This document shows, in pieces, positions 1 to 8,753 of a stretch of DNA of 64,000 bases. How positions within the stretch are numbered: the first letter of the stretch is position 1; every line of letters starts with the position of its first letter. The stretch lies in the IMG/VR virus record IMGVR_UViG_3300005841_000939, one strand, 5' to 3'. This DNA is from a virus (lineage: Duplodnaviria; Caudoviricetes). Made by a program: the position numbers and the translations under genes. Below the pieces are notes generated by a model. It worked only from the letters and a program-made list of their open reading frames with translations, made no database searches and was not told the DNA's origin.

Positions 1-22
1 CGCTGCCGAGCAGGGCTGGAAG

Positions 23-367
23 GTGAGGACGGATTCCGATGCCATGCGGGTACATGAAATCATCTACACCAAACCCATCGAAGGAAATTCACATTACGAG
101 TTCCAAATTTGGACGGGTGTGCATCGCCCCTCAGCACCACGTCCTGGCAAGCATCCCTTCCGAATCTTCGGATACAACAATGTCCTGAAGCAGAATCGCA
201 CACACGAAGAAGTCGTCCTGCATCGCCCGGGATGGCGCATCAATGTCCCGATGACGATGGCACGCATGGAGGCGAAGCTGCGTGAACGCTGGATGAATCC
301 GAAGCGTCCCCGGATGCTTGCTGCAGGTTACGTGGTGACCGAGTTCGGACAGCAGGTCCGATACTGA
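23..367 (+). CDS. hypothetical protein
   Basis: 114 aa ORF, GTG start, followed by GC hairpin plus T-run at about 378-404. Confidence 0.6.
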   Translation: MRTDSDAMRVHEIIYTKPIEGNSHYEFQIWTGVHRPSAPRPGKHPFRIFGYNNVLKQNRTHEEVVLHRPGWRINVPMTMARMEAKLRERWMNPKRPRMLAAGYVVTEFGQQVRY

Positions 368-404
368 ATCAAAGAAGGGGTGCCAGCAATGGCGCCCTTT
401 CTTA

Positions 405-617
405 TTGCATCTTAGTAAGGATACATACACTCACAATATGTATCCTGAATTTCATGAATTAGTTCCTTTGTTCAATAAGGCCAATCAGGGAGGGTTTATG
501 CGTTTAGGTCAATGGTTCCTAAACACATATGATCCTTTGGCCGATAATATGGAACTTTTCTATTGTACTGATCAAAAGCATGCTATGGACCTCATCAGGT
601 TGACCTATTACAAATAG
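405..617 (+). CDS. hypothetical protein
   Basis: 70 aa ORF; true start may be the ATG at 438 after TAAGGA. Confidence 0.5.
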   Translation: MHLSKDTYTHNMYPEFHELVPLFNKANQGGFMRLGQWFLNTYDPLADNMELFYCTDQKHAMDLIRLTYYK

Positions 618-633
618 TCCTCATAATTAATCC

Positions 634-660
634 TTGCAGTCAGGCCTTTCCGTATACGAT
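634..660 (+). promoter_or_regulatory. sigma70-like promoter, 15 bp spacer
   Basis: TTGCAG-N15-TACGAT. Confidence 0.6.
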
Positions 661-1000
661 CAATCCAACGAACCAGCCAACACGCTAAGATGCGTGAGAA
701 AATAACGGGGAAGGACAATGAACACTTGAGAACGTCACTCCATCCCCAACAGCATCTGTGCTGACGGGTGGGAGCTAAATTACGCAGATGTAGGCATGGG
801 GTAGTTAGTCGAATCTCACCCATGTTGAAACTGAAATATAATCGGCAAACGATTGCTTGATTAGTCCATGCTTGCGATCCCGCTGCACTGTGGCCACTCT
901 GCAGGTCTGCCCGCACTCCGATTTATCATTCAAATTCGTACTAGAACACCCCTGGGCAGACGTGCTCAAGGGTGTCTTGTTTTTCAGGCTTCCTTTTTCT
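661..1000 (+). ncRNA. candidate structured ncRNA (about 330 nt)
   Basis: own promoter, no convincing + strand ORF, several helices (CATGGG..CCCATG, GCATCTG..CAGATGT, AATCG..CGATT), ends in ACACCC..GGGTGT hairpin plus T-run. Confidence 0.35.
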
Positions 1001-1027
1001 ACCTTCCTAGAACTAGGAAAATAATCC

Positions 1028-1054
1028 TTGCAAGTAAGGTCAGTTACTTACGAT
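1028..1054 (+). promoter_or_regulatory. sigma70-like promoter, 15 bp spacer
   Basis: TTGCAA-N15-TACGAT. Confidence 0.6.
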
Positions 1055-1114
1055 GTGAGTATCAAAGCAAGCAACCAAACCAATCAACCCACTCGCTTGC
1101 AAAGGATAAAAATC

Positions 1115-1456
1115 ATGGCTCACGGCATCAAGTACTGCAATAATGGTGTGCATAAGTTCATCGGCCTCGGCACTGTCCTGATCAAAAAGGATGTGCTCGC
1201 ATTCATGACGGAAGATGATCTTCCGAAGGGCTGGATGCACTACAAGGAGTTCGCTCGCAAGGCTGATATTTCGCTCCAGCGGATCTCCGAACTGGTCAAG
1301 ACGGGAGTCCTGGCGCATCGGCGACATCAGCGTGAAGGTCAGCGTGGTCGTCCGCTGCTGATGATCGCTGTAACCGAAGTCAAGCGGGTCCAGGAGTTCA
1401 AGGATCTGGTGAAGCGTGCTGCCGAACTTGGCTATAAGGCTGTTCCCAAGAAGTAA
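1115..1456 (+). CDS. helix-turn-helix DNA-binding protein
   Basis: YKEFARKADISLQRISELVKTG HTH-like segment, QRGRP motif; AAGGA RBS before ATG 1115. Confidence 0.65.
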   Translation: MAHGIKYCNNGVHKFIGLGTVLIKKDVLAFMTEDDLPKGWMHYKEFARKADISLQRISELVKTGVLAHRRHQREGQRGRPLLMIAVTEVKRVQEFKDLVKRAAELGYKAVPKK

Positions 1457-1463
1457 GCAGAAA

Positions 1464-1495
1464 GATCCCAGGCAACCATGCTTGGGATTTTTTAT
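1464..1495 (+). terminator. intrinsic terminator
   Basis: ATCCCAGG..CTTGGGAT stem then TTTTTT. Confidence 0.8.
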
Positions 1496-1513
1496 TGCCT
1501 AATATATCTGCGA

Positions 1514-1538
1514 CTATCATGCTTAGGTAATGTGTCAA
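1514..1538 (-). promoter_or_regulatory. conserved counter-oriented TTGACA-N11-CATGATAG element
   Basis: minus strand TTGACAcattacctAAGCATGATAG; related copies at 2192, 4878, 8085, 9224, 11580, 12110, 13105, 14520 (-) and 7040, 30582 (+). Confidence 0.7.
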
Positions 1539-1553
1539 ATATAAAAATGAGGC

Positions 1554-1581
1554 TTGACACCATCCTAATACCCTGTAAAGT
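1554..1581 (+). promoter_or_regulatory. sigma70-like promoter, 16 bp spacer
   Basis: TTGACA-N16-TAAAGT, ATG 6 nt downstream (probably leaderless). Confidence 0.75.
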
Positions 1582-1587
1582 GCAATT

Positions 1588-1809
1588 ATGAACGCAACCA
1601 CCATCAACAATGCGGTTTCCATCATCAGTGCAGGCATCCTTCCGAATGGTGTGAAGGTCCTGGAAATCGGCTACGATGGTACGCATGATGGATATATCAA
1701 TGCGCCCGTTGCTCTGAATTTTGATGGTGTCCAATACGGCCGTTCCTCACACAATTCCGATTCCATGCGTATCACTTATCGGTCTGATAAGAAGTTCGCA
1801 ACCAAATAA
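1588..1809 (+). CDS. hypothetical phage protein
   Basis: 73 aa ORF directly after promoter. Confidence 0.7.
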   Translation: MNATTINNAVSIISAGILPNGVKVLEIGYDGTHDGYINAPVALNFDGVQYGRSSHNSDSMRITYRSDKKFATK

Positions 1810-1823
1810 ACAGGAGAAAAATC

Positions 1824-2135
1824 ATGACCGAAGCCATCGCCAACGTTTTCGCCGAAGCCATCAAGGGGAACCAGGACTATCGCATCGAGGAAAAGCGAAG
1901 CGCAAAACCCGACCCGCAATTCGGCAGCACTTCGGAATTGGTGTGCTACATCGCACATCATAAGAATGGCACGAAGGCCTTGGTGTCATGGAGTGATCGG
2001 TGTCCTGCTTGGTTGAAGGATACAGCAATTCCGTTCAACCCTGCATATCACGGATGGCCCGAAATCAAGCGCCCAGCCCCTAAGAAGGTCCCAAATCGCG
2101 CAAGCAATGGGCGCTTCCTTCCCAAGTCCAAGTAA
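1824..2135 (+). CDS. hypothetical protein with C-terminal RxxNGRF tail
   Basis: GGAG RBS; ends NRASNGRFLPKSK. Confidence 0.7.
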   Translation: MTEAIANVFAEAIKGNQDYRIEEKRSAKPDPQFGSTSELVCYIAHHKNGTKALVSWSDRCPAWLKDTAIPFNPAYHGWPEIKRPAPKKVPNRASNGRFLPKSK

Positions 2136-2140
2136 TAGAA

Positions 2141-2170
2141 AAAGGACAAGTAATGAGCTTGTCCTTTTCT
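2141..2170 (+). terminator. intrinsic terminator
   Basis: AAAGGACAAG..CTTGTCCTTT then T-run. Confidence 0.8.
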
Positions 2171-2227
2171 TACCTTAATTGATTGTGTTTGCTATCATGC
2201 TTTGATGATAGTCAAATGAAAAAACTA

Positions 2228-2458
2228 TCAGGGAGCACAGTTCCTGGTAGCATAAGCCATATTGACCCGACCGCTATAGAGCATGGCGGAGAGCAAAATT
2301 CCAGCAACACCCATGAAAAGAAGAACAATTCGCCAGTTTTCAAGACCATGAATTGGCGTTCCGAACTTCAACATCAGCCAGATGATAATACCAACCAATC
2401 CCATGATCCGAGTGATCAGGATATTGTCATTTCTCAGGTGATTTACTTTGGTATCCAT
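2228..2458 (-). CDS. small membrane protein
   Basis: two hydrophobic segments; own promoter at 2465-2491. Confidence 0.65.
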   Translation of the reverse strand: MDTKVNHLRNDNILITRIMGLVGIIIWLMLKFGTPIHGLENWRIVLLFMGVAGILLSAMLYSGRVNMAYATRNCAP

Positions 2459-2464
2459 GTGATT

Positions 2465-2533
2465 ATATTACTCCTTATATGGTAAAGTCAATAATAAAAA
2501 CAAGGGTTGACTCCATTCTAAGTGCTGTATAGT
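2465..2533. promoter_or_regulatory. divergent promoter pair
   Basis: minus TTGACT-N15-TAATAT (2491-2465); plus TTGACT-N15-TATAGT (2507-2533). Confidence 0.7.
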
Positions 2534-2540
2534 AAGGAAT

Positions 2541-2840
2541 ATGAACGCCAACGACACGCTTTTTATGACGATGGCCACCCCTGAGCGTGATCCTATGCTC
2601 TACATCAATGATGCTGCAAACGCATCGGTCAAGGAGTGCGTGCGACTCCTGAGTGACAATCCGACCAGCAGCATTAAAAAGGTCATCACCATTCAGGATC
2701 ATGGCGTCCATACGTTCACTGGTTACCCGTATTCGCGTGATACGAATATTTTCCATGTGATGGATCGTCTGGATCGGAACATGAATGTTAAGGAAATCGA
2801 ATACAACGTTGATACGAATGCATATGAAGAATCAATGTAA
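2541..2840 (+). CDS. hypothetical protein
   Basis: 99 aa ORF after promoter, AAGGA RBS. Confidence 0.7.
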   Translation: MNANDTLFMTMATPERDPMLYINDAANASVKECVRLLSDNPTSSIKKVITIQDHGVHTFTGYPYSRDTNIFHVMDRLDRNMNVKEIEYNVDTNAYEESM

Positions 2841-3087
2841 GACGGGTGGTCCCGTAGTTGCGCGCTACAAATTCAACGGGCGCACCCGAATCATTTATGG
2901 AAAGCTCCATTCAGTTGATGGAACTTCCTGGGTTACTGTTGAAGTCCAAACATGGAATGATGGAAAAAAGGGTTTTGACTTTTTAGCCTGTAGGAAGTAC
3001 AACGTTAAAGACTGCACGCAAGAGGAAGTAGACTTCTACAACAAACAAGTTGAGGGGTGGGCTAAAGAACCCGCTGCAATAAAATGA
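2824..3087 (+). CDS. hypothetical protein
   Basis: ORF overlapping upstream stop; beta-rich. Confidence 0.6.
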   Translation: MKNQCKTGGPVVARYKFNGRTRIIYGKLHSVDGTSWVTVEVQTWNDGKKGFDFLACRKYNVKDCTQEEVDFYNKQVEGWAKEPAAIK

Positions 3088-3296
3088 GCAAAGCTACTGA
3101 ATTAGTTGAAGAACTGAACAAAAAGCAAAAGGAGTTTTGGGAAGTTGAACGCAAAGAAAACGAAGCATATGCCGAAGCTGAAAAACAATACAATATCAGA
3201 TATGGCATATATAAAGAAATGGAAAAATTGAAGAGAGAACTTGACGAACTTCCTGAGGAAGAAAAAGAAGGGGTTGAGTTCCATAAGCTGCCGTAA
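3084..3296 (+). CDS. coiled-coil hypothetical protein
   Basis: ATGA overlap; E/K-rich. Confidence 0.65.
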   Translation: MSKATELVEELNKKQKEFWEVERKENEAYAEAEKQYNIRYGIYKEMEKLKRELDELPEEEKEGVEFHKLP

Positions 3297-3339
3297 AATA
3301 ATACCTTGCAATAGGTATGAGGACCATATAGTTAAGCCC

Positions 3340-3420
3340 ATGAGCAAAGAAACCAAAAAACTGATCATCGCTTCCATCGGGCTTATCGCCTGCATCCTCC
3401 TGGCTGGCATCGCCAAGTAA
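3340..3420 (+). CDS. 26 aa single-TM peptide
   Basis: MSKETKKLIIASIGLIACILLAGIAK after TTGCAA-N15-TATAGT promoter (3306-3332). Confidence 0.55.
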   Translation: MSKETKKLIIASIGLIACILLAGIAK

Positions 3421-3430
3421 GGGATTCATC

Positions 3431-3643
3431 ATGGTCTCCTTCACAACTGATGTTGTCACTCACACTTTCCATGCTGAATTTTCGGAAGAAGAGGTGAAGG
3501 CTATCCTTCTTGATCATATCCGAAAGAACGATCCCAAGGCGAAGCTGGTGAAGCATGGTTCCGATGAAAAGTTCGATGTAACGTTTCACATCGGGCATGA
3601 CATTCTTCGGAACGTCACTGTCGAATGCAAGGTGATCAAGTAA
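3431..3643 (+). CDS. hypothetical protein
   Basis: 70 aa ORF, AGGGA RBS. Confidence 0.65.
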   Translation: MVSFTTDVVTHTFHAEFSEEEVKAILLDHIRKNDPKAKLVKHGSDEKFDVTFHIGHDILRNVTVECKVIK

Positions 3644-3647
3644 ACAC

Positions 3648-3863
3648 ATGCATCTCCCTCTTGCGTCATTGCGCGAAAAGTTAGGAGTAACTCAGACAGA
3701 GCTTGCCAAGAGGTTGAACATTTCCCAGCCCTCAGTTTCACATATCGAAAGCAGCCAAAACCTGCACGTCAGTACATTGAAAAAATATGTAGAGGCTCTC
3801 GGTTGTACGTTGGAAATCGTTGCAAAATCCCCTGGCAAAAAATCCATCATCCTTTTTAATTAG
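3648..3863 (+). CDS. XRE-family HTH protein (antitoxin-like)
   Basis: LREKLGVTQTELAKRLNISQPSVSHIE..STLKKYVEALG signature. Confidence 0.9.
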   Translation: MHLPLASLREKLGVTQTELAKRLNISQPSVSHIESSQNLHVSTLKKYVEALGCTLEIVAKSPGKKSIILFN

Positions 3864-3872
3864 AAATTAATC

Positions 3873-4103
3873 ATGGAATATTCCTTCACTATCCCCAATC
3901 CATCCTTCATCGGAAATGTTCCTGTCAAGAAGGGTGATGTAATTTCCTGGGGTGGATCAGATAATGAAGGTAAGTCCTCAGTGACATACGCTTTCTATAT
4001 CAATGATAAAACCCGTGTTGAGAATAAAGGGGATATGCTGCATAAGTATCTCACTCGCACCAGGAATCGTGCTGACGCTGAGAAGCTCCTTAATAAGAAA
4101 TAA
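3873..4103 (+). CDS. hypothetical protein
   Basis: 76 aa ORF in operon. Confidence 0.6.
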   Translation: MEYSFTIPNPSFIGNVPVKKGDVISWGGSDNEGKSSVTYAFYINDKTRVENKGDMLHKYLTRTRNRADAEKLLNKK

Positions 4104-4158
4104 GGCTTGCATTCTCCTAATCCCTTGTACAGTAGAGTTATCACAAGGGATAACAATT

Positions 4159-4638
4159 ATGACGCAGGTCAATTTTTTCTATCGCAATGATCAGTTGATC
4201 CTCGAATACTATATGATCTATTTCGAGATTCCTTTCTCAATGGATCCTACGGGTGAGGATGACATGGTTGCCTACGATGATTTGGTGCATGTTGCTACCC
4301 GAACTTTTGAGAGGCATTTTTCCCCGATTCATTCGGAACGTACGCACATGCCGGAAGAGCATCCCATCCTTGCTGAAAGTGAGGACTTCATTCTCTTCCT
4401 GGCAAACAATGGCCAGACCTGGGCAATCGTGCTGGGCATCAAAGTAAACAGCACCATTCCGAATACATATGAAACGGGTGCAAAGATTCAGGCCTTTTTC
4501 CGTGGCATGATGATCGTCTATCCGAACTCCTGGCGATACAGGACCTGCGATTTGAGCACATCACCAATCAAAGTTGGTGAACAAATTCCGGCATATGTGA
4601 CTTCGTGTGCATGGTGCAGAGAAACTGTTCCTGCATAA
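4159..4638 (+). CDS. hypothetical protein
   Basis: AAGGGA RBS; promoter TTGCAT-N15-TACAGT at 4107-4133. Confidence 0.65.
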   Translation: MTQVNFFYRNDQLILEYYMIYFEIPFSMDPTGEDDMVAYDDLVHVATRTFERHFSPIHSERTHMPEEHPILAESEDFILFLANNGQTWAIVLGIKVNSTIPNTYETGAKIQAFFRGMMIVYPNSWRYRTCDLSTSPIKVGEQIPAYVTSCAWCRETVPA

Positions 4639-4647
4639 AAACGTTGA

Positions 4648-4865
4648 TACCCTGGGGGGCTTTTAAGGCCTCACCCCAGGGTATCCCCTTTATTGGCGGA
4701 CCAAGTTGCGATCTTGGTCGGATAGTGATCAAACTTCCTTGCCAACAGGATTGATTTGTATACCGCTCTCCATCGAAGCGGGGCATTTAAGCTAGTTGTA
4801 ATCAACGAGTGATCAAACACGGGGGATTGGTTACCTCCATCGTCCTATTACAAGCAGGACTGCTT
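4648..4865 (+). ncRNA. candidate structured RNA (about 220 nt)
   Basis: run of hairpins CCTGGGG/CCCCAGG, GACCAAG/CTTGGTC, CCGCT/AGCGG, GTCCT/AGGAC in an intergenic gap. Confidence 0.35.
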
Positions 4866-4964
4866 TGCCCTTACGTTGTATCATGTCATTAGATACTGTC
4901 AAGGTTATATTTAATAAGGTATTTGAGGTATTGACTTGCCTTATATGTGATGTAGTATGACGGT

Positions 4965-5219
4965 ATGAAAACGATTTTTGATGCATTCATGCTTGAAGTT
5001 GAACATCAGGTCATCTTCATGTGGTCGCAAATTCAGGAAAGCGAAACACATCAATTTTACGTTCATGTATGGGAAGACAAGAACGGGATTCAATATCGGG
5101 TCACCATTGAGGAACCAAATGGTCCGTGCATGATTATCAAGTATTCGGATCGTCTTGATGAAGTCCTAGATGCTCTGGCAGAATACATCAACAATTGCAA
5201 GGAGTGTGCTGTTGCATAA
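4965..5219 (+). CDS. hypothetical protein
   Basis: follows TTGACT-N16-TAGTAT promoter (4931-4958). Confidence 0.7.
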   Translation: MKTIFDAFMLEVEHQVIFMWSQIQESETHQFYVHVWEDKNGIQYRVTIEEPNGPCMIIKYSDRLDEVLDALAEYINNCKECAVA

Positions 5220-5269
5220 GTGAAAATTGTTGATATTATTTGAATCAACAATTTAAAAAGGACAATCTT

Positions 5270-5887
5270 ATGTGTACAGACACAGATAAATTTTACAAGG
5301 GCAATATTTACAGAGCCCGTGACGGAAAAACCACATTGGTCAGCACACAAAAGACTGGCCTCAATGATCAAAATGTGTGGGTAATTCACAGTACCACTAA
5401 CCCAAAATACAGCAAGGGTCAATGGTTCCGTGGTTCAATGGGTCATGCACTCCCATGCAAGAATCCTCGTGGTTTCACTGAATCGGAACGTGAATGTCGT
5501 TTGCATCAACTTGATGCAGTTTCATATTCAGGTGATGATTTGTCATGGAATGATGTTGATAAGCTGGTCCTCAGCGATGCAGACAAGCTAGTCCCTAATC
5601 TCGCAATTGATGACATGGTTTCATTGAATGCGCCAGTCAAGGCAGTTGAAGTCAAAAAGCCTGTAGCATCAGTTGCAGCTCCTACAGCTAAAAAGCTGTC
5701 TGTTGCTGTTGTTCGTGATCCACAAGCCAAACCAAGCACTTCAAACGCCAAGGTCAGTGCAAAGGTAAAGAAGGTTGTTGCAAGCACTGGTTGGAAATCA
5801 CAGAAGCGCGATAGCTCAGGGCGTTTCCTCAGCAAATCAAAGGTTGTTGCAGGTCAGAAGCGTGATCGTAACGGACGTTTCGTCTAA
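5270..5887 (+). CDS. hypothetical protein with basic A/K/V/P-rich tail and two RDxxGRF motifs
   Basis: AAGGA RBS; KRDSSGRFLSKSK and KRDRNGRFV at C-terminus. Confidence 0.75.
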   Translation: MCTDTDKFYKGNIYRARDGKTTLVSTQKTGLNDQNVWVIHSTTNPKYSKGQWFRGSMGHALPCKNPRGFTESERECRLHQLDAVSYSGDDLSWNDVDKLVLSDADKLVPNLAIDDMVSLNAPVKAVEVKKPVASVAAPTAKKLSVAVVRDPQAKPSTSNAKVSAKVKKVVASTGWKSQKRDSSGRFLSKSKVVAGQKRDRNGRFV

Positions 5888-5895
5888 GAGCACGC

Positions 5896-5922
5896 TTGAC
5901 AGCAGGCCTTAAGGCGTAGACT
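5896..5922 (+). promoter_or_regulatory. sigma70-like promoter, 15 bp spacer
   Basis: TTGACA-N15-TAGACT. Confidence 0.7.
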
Positions 5923-5926
5923 TCAC

Positions 5927-6610
5927 ACATCGAAGACGATGATTCGCTAATAAGCTCGAAAGAGTAAAAAGGTGGTCATCTGACATCGGGCTCTTTGATG
6001 CATAGGGTGCAGACAGAACGGATGAGTCTAAACCAGTAATGCCGGGTACGGTTGATCTAACGGTAACTCCATTTAACGTGTGGAAGCCCAAAGATACAAA
6101 GGCCATGCATGAACGGTGTTCAAAGCCGAACATAAGATAAGCCGGAAACTTCTGCAACACCGATTCCTGGGATAGCAAAAAAACATTTGCCACCCATATA
6201 CCCAGGAAAGAAATGGGTTCACATATCTAGGAAGGGGCGGATAGACCTTCATCCCTGGCTCTATGTGAAACATTAACATTGTGGTGGCAGCAGGCGCAGT
6301 TGGTGAAAGCCTATTGCGATTGAAAACCGAGACTCTGATTGATGCGTGGAGGGTAAAGGGCCGTAGATCCGCATCAATAAATTGACTAGTGGCATCTAGT
6401 CAGCATCTTATCCCATGCCAGGGATGTTGCTCCACGTTTGAAAATTCCTGTGGAGGACGATATAGCGGGTGTTAATAACACTCAAAATGTGCAGCGGAAT
6501 GCTGCATATATGCGTATCGGTGCAAGAGTAAGTCAATGCGCGTTATAGCAACGTCGCCTAGGTTTTGAGACAGGATCAGCCCAATAAAGGGGTTGGTCCT
6601 GTTAGTTTTT
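5927..6610 (+). ncRNA. candidate large structured ncRNA (about 680 nt)
   Basis: promoter upstream, no credible ORF, many local and long-range helices and GAAA loops, 3' terminator-like ACAGGATCAGCCC..GGGTTGGTCCTGT plus T-run. Confidence 0.6.
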
Positions 6611-6647
6611 CCTTGCGGCCTTACCTGTTCTGGATACATTAAGGCAT

Positions 6648-6815
6648 ATGGCTGTGAGCATCAGGAAAATATCTGATTTTCATATGTTCCTGGAGATTCC
6701 AGGGCATAAGCTCATGCTTGTCACTGTCTTCGGACGCATGAGCATTTCCAATAAGCCAATGCCTCCAACCCATTCATATCAGATTATGCGAAGGAATAAT
6801 CATAATAGATCCTAA
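6648..6815 (+). CDS. 55 aa hypothetical protein
   Basis: after TTGCGG-N16-TACATT promoter (6613-6640); below ORF-track cutoff. Confidence 0.45.
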   Translation: MAVSIRKISDFHMFLEIPGHKLMLVTVFGRMSISNKPMPPTHSYQIMRRNNHNRS

Positions 6816-7032
6816 TTACATCTATACATTTATTTCTGAGGCTGGCAATCGTGGCGCAGGAAATAGTGTTGATGCAGCAATCAGGTCGGCACTTGGTGTT
6901 GACGCTCCTAAAAACCTGAAATATGGAAAATATGAATTGAGCAAGCCTCCAAGTACATATTTTAGGTCTTGTGATATTTTCCAGGTGCTTCACTCTGAAG
7001 AAGAAGTCCTCATGGGGAAATTATACGTCTGA
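6802..7032 (+). CDS. 76 aa hypothetical protein, possible ATA start
   Basis: open frame IIDPNYIYTFISEAGNRGAG..GKLYV with AAGGA 6 nt upstream but no ATG/GTG/TTG. Confidence 0.4.
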   Translation: MIDPNYIYTFISEAGNRGAGNSVDAAIRSALGVDAPKNLKYGKYELSKPPSTYFRSCDIFQVLHSEEEVLMGKLYV

Positions 7033-7144
7033 ATTTTTGTTGCATTGTCTAGAAGCATGATATAGGATCCTGACAGTCCTGTTATCTTCTTGACTCAAAG
7101 ATGTCTAGGGTATATGAATAGTATTAAGCCCTAAAAGCATCCAT

Positions 7145-7384
7145 ATGTTTACTACTGCAACACATTATTACATTGTCTTCAAAGCAAGTAATGGAGAAGT
7201 CCTTTTCTTGCATGAGGATGATGATGGTTACAAGTTGCGTTTAAAGGCTGATAATGATGATTCAATTTGCTGTTTTGAATTAGGATCGGAAGCACATTAC
7301 GAAATGGGTCGGGCTGAATTGACCTTTCCGAAAATAAGGCTTGAAATCCTTCCTGAGGCGTGTACAGTGTGCGTAAGAAAGTGA
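7145..7384 (+). CDS. hypothetical protein
   Basis: 79 aa ORF downstream of TTGACT at 7090. Confidence 0.6.
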   Translation: MFTTATHYYIVFKASNGEVLFLHEDDDGYKLRLKADNDDSICCFELGSEAHYEMGRAELTFPKIRLEILPEACTVCVRK

Positions 7385-7392
7385 ATCATACC

Positions 7393-7953
7393 ATGAAGAA
7401 CATCCTCAACATTCTCTCACTGCTGGTCATCTGCATCGCGCCGATCCTGGCTGCTGATAGCAAGCCCACGCTCCCCGGAAAGGTGGCGTACGAAAAGGCC
7501 TTGGATGATGCAACCAAGGTGTTCACCCAGGCCAAGCTGAAGGCACTCGACAAGTTCAAGAAGGACCTCAAGAAGGCCCTCGCTGATGAAGTGAAGGCTG
7601 GCAATCTCGACAGTGCCAACGCCATTAACCTCGAAGTCAAGGCCCTCGATGACGAACAGGCCAAGCTGACGGGAATGGACGATGTCAATCCCAAGGTGGC
7701 CCTGCTCGGCAAATGGCTGGTCACCCGAACGGATGGCCATGTCGGTGTCTGGATCTTCAAGGAAGATCAGACAGTAGTGATGGATGGAAAGAACTTCAAT
7801 GGCAAATGGGCCATCGAAGGGACTGTCGCAAAAATCGTCTGGATGAACGATCCGACGAAGTGGGACACGTTCACGCTTCCGGTTAGTGACAAGACTTCGG
7901 GTGATGGCTGGAATATCCCGAAGGGTGGGTTGTCAGCAACGCGCCAGAAGTAA
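7393..7953 (+). CDS. secreted protein (signal peptide, coiled coil, beta domain)
   Basis: MKNILNILSLLVICIAPILA signal peptide; GC-rich biased codons. Confidence 0.8.
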   Translation: MKNILNILSLLVICIAPILAADSKPTLPGKVAYEKALDDATKVFTQAKLKALDKFKKDLKKALADEVKAGNLDSANAINLEVKALDDEQAKLTGMDDVNPKVALLGKWLVTRTDGHVGVWIFKEDQTVVMDGKNFNGKWAIEGTVAKIVWMNDPTKWDTFTLPVSDKTSGDGWNIPKGGLSATRQK

Positions 7954-7959
7954 ACCAGA

Positions 7960-7991
7960 AAAGATGGATCGTAATTGATCCATCTTTTTTT
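7960..7991 (+). terminator. intrinsic terminator (probably bidirectional)
   Basis: AAAAGATGGATC..GATCCATCTTTTTTT. Confidence 0.85.
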
Positions 7992-8182
7992 ACCTTTATA
8001 CTCGGACCATGAACTATTGGGATTTTGTCAAAGAGTTTTTTACCTCAGAAGCTGGGCAATGGTTCAGTATGTGCCTTTTCCTTTCTATCATGCTTATTCT
8101 TTCAATCAAGGGGTATCATTGGATTAGGGATCATATCTAAAATAAGGTTTGACTTAGGAATTTGGGCCTTATACTCAATATT

Positions 8183-8413
8183 ATGAGCGAGCAACAACCC
8201 ATCAAAAATGCTCCCCGTGATGGTTCGGTAATCCTTACCAATGACGGCCCTGCTCGTTATGTGGATACCGGAAGTTGGGGTGAGCCTACTCCAATCGGTT
8301 GGTATCTCTGTTCACCCAACGGCATTATTCCAACATGTTCAAAAGAAGGAATCGCAATCGCATTCCTCATTCCCAAGCTCTGGATCCCTCTTCCAAAATG
8401 GATGCAACCATGA
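8183..8413 (+). CDS. hypothetical protein (QPIxxAPRDG N-terminus, DUF551-like)
   Basis: QPIKNAPRDGSVIL..W.PLP motif; promoter TTGACT-N15-TATACT at 8149-8175. Confidence 0.6.
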   Translation: MSEQQPIKNAPRDGSVILTNDGPARYVDTGSWGEPTPIGWYLCSPNGIIPTCSKEGIAIAFLIPKLWIPLPKWMQP

Positions 8414-8751
8414 CTACTCCCATCCCTTTCGCCGAAGCTCTGGCAGGTTACGTCAAGACCGTGCAGGCCATCAATGATGAATACTACGCCAAGAACTTCC
8501 CCAATTCAACGGCAGTCAAATCGCCGCTGATCGTGACCGAAGAAGGTCCGAAGAGGGTGCGCATCATCAAGCAGGACCGAATCGGTGATAATCGTTCGGT
8601 GCATACGTTCATCGACAAGGCAACTGGTGACATCCTGAAGGCTGCTGGATGGAAAGCCCCTGCGCCCAATGGCAAGCGTGGCAATATCTACGATGTCAAC
8701 TATCCGAAGTGCATCAACTGGCATGGCGCCGAATATCTGAGGGGTGGCTGA
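8410..8751 (+). CDS. conserved phage protein (GDILKAAGWKAPA motif)
   Basis: SVHTFIDKATGDILKAAGWKAPAPNGKRGNI resembles a widespread phage hypothetical family. Confidence 0.75.
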   Translation: MTTPIPFAEALAGYVKTVQAINDEYYAKNFPNSTAVKSPLIVTEEGPKRVRIIKQDRIGDNRSVHTFIDKATGDILKAAGWKAPAPNGKRGNIYDVNYPKCINWHGAEYLRGG

Positions 8752-8753
8752 TT

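Noticed and set aside
6330-6470. Group I intron core (GAGACT and GATATAG strings) in the large ncRNA candidate
   Set aside because: The two segments are not complementary as P7 requires and no interrupted host gene flanks the region.
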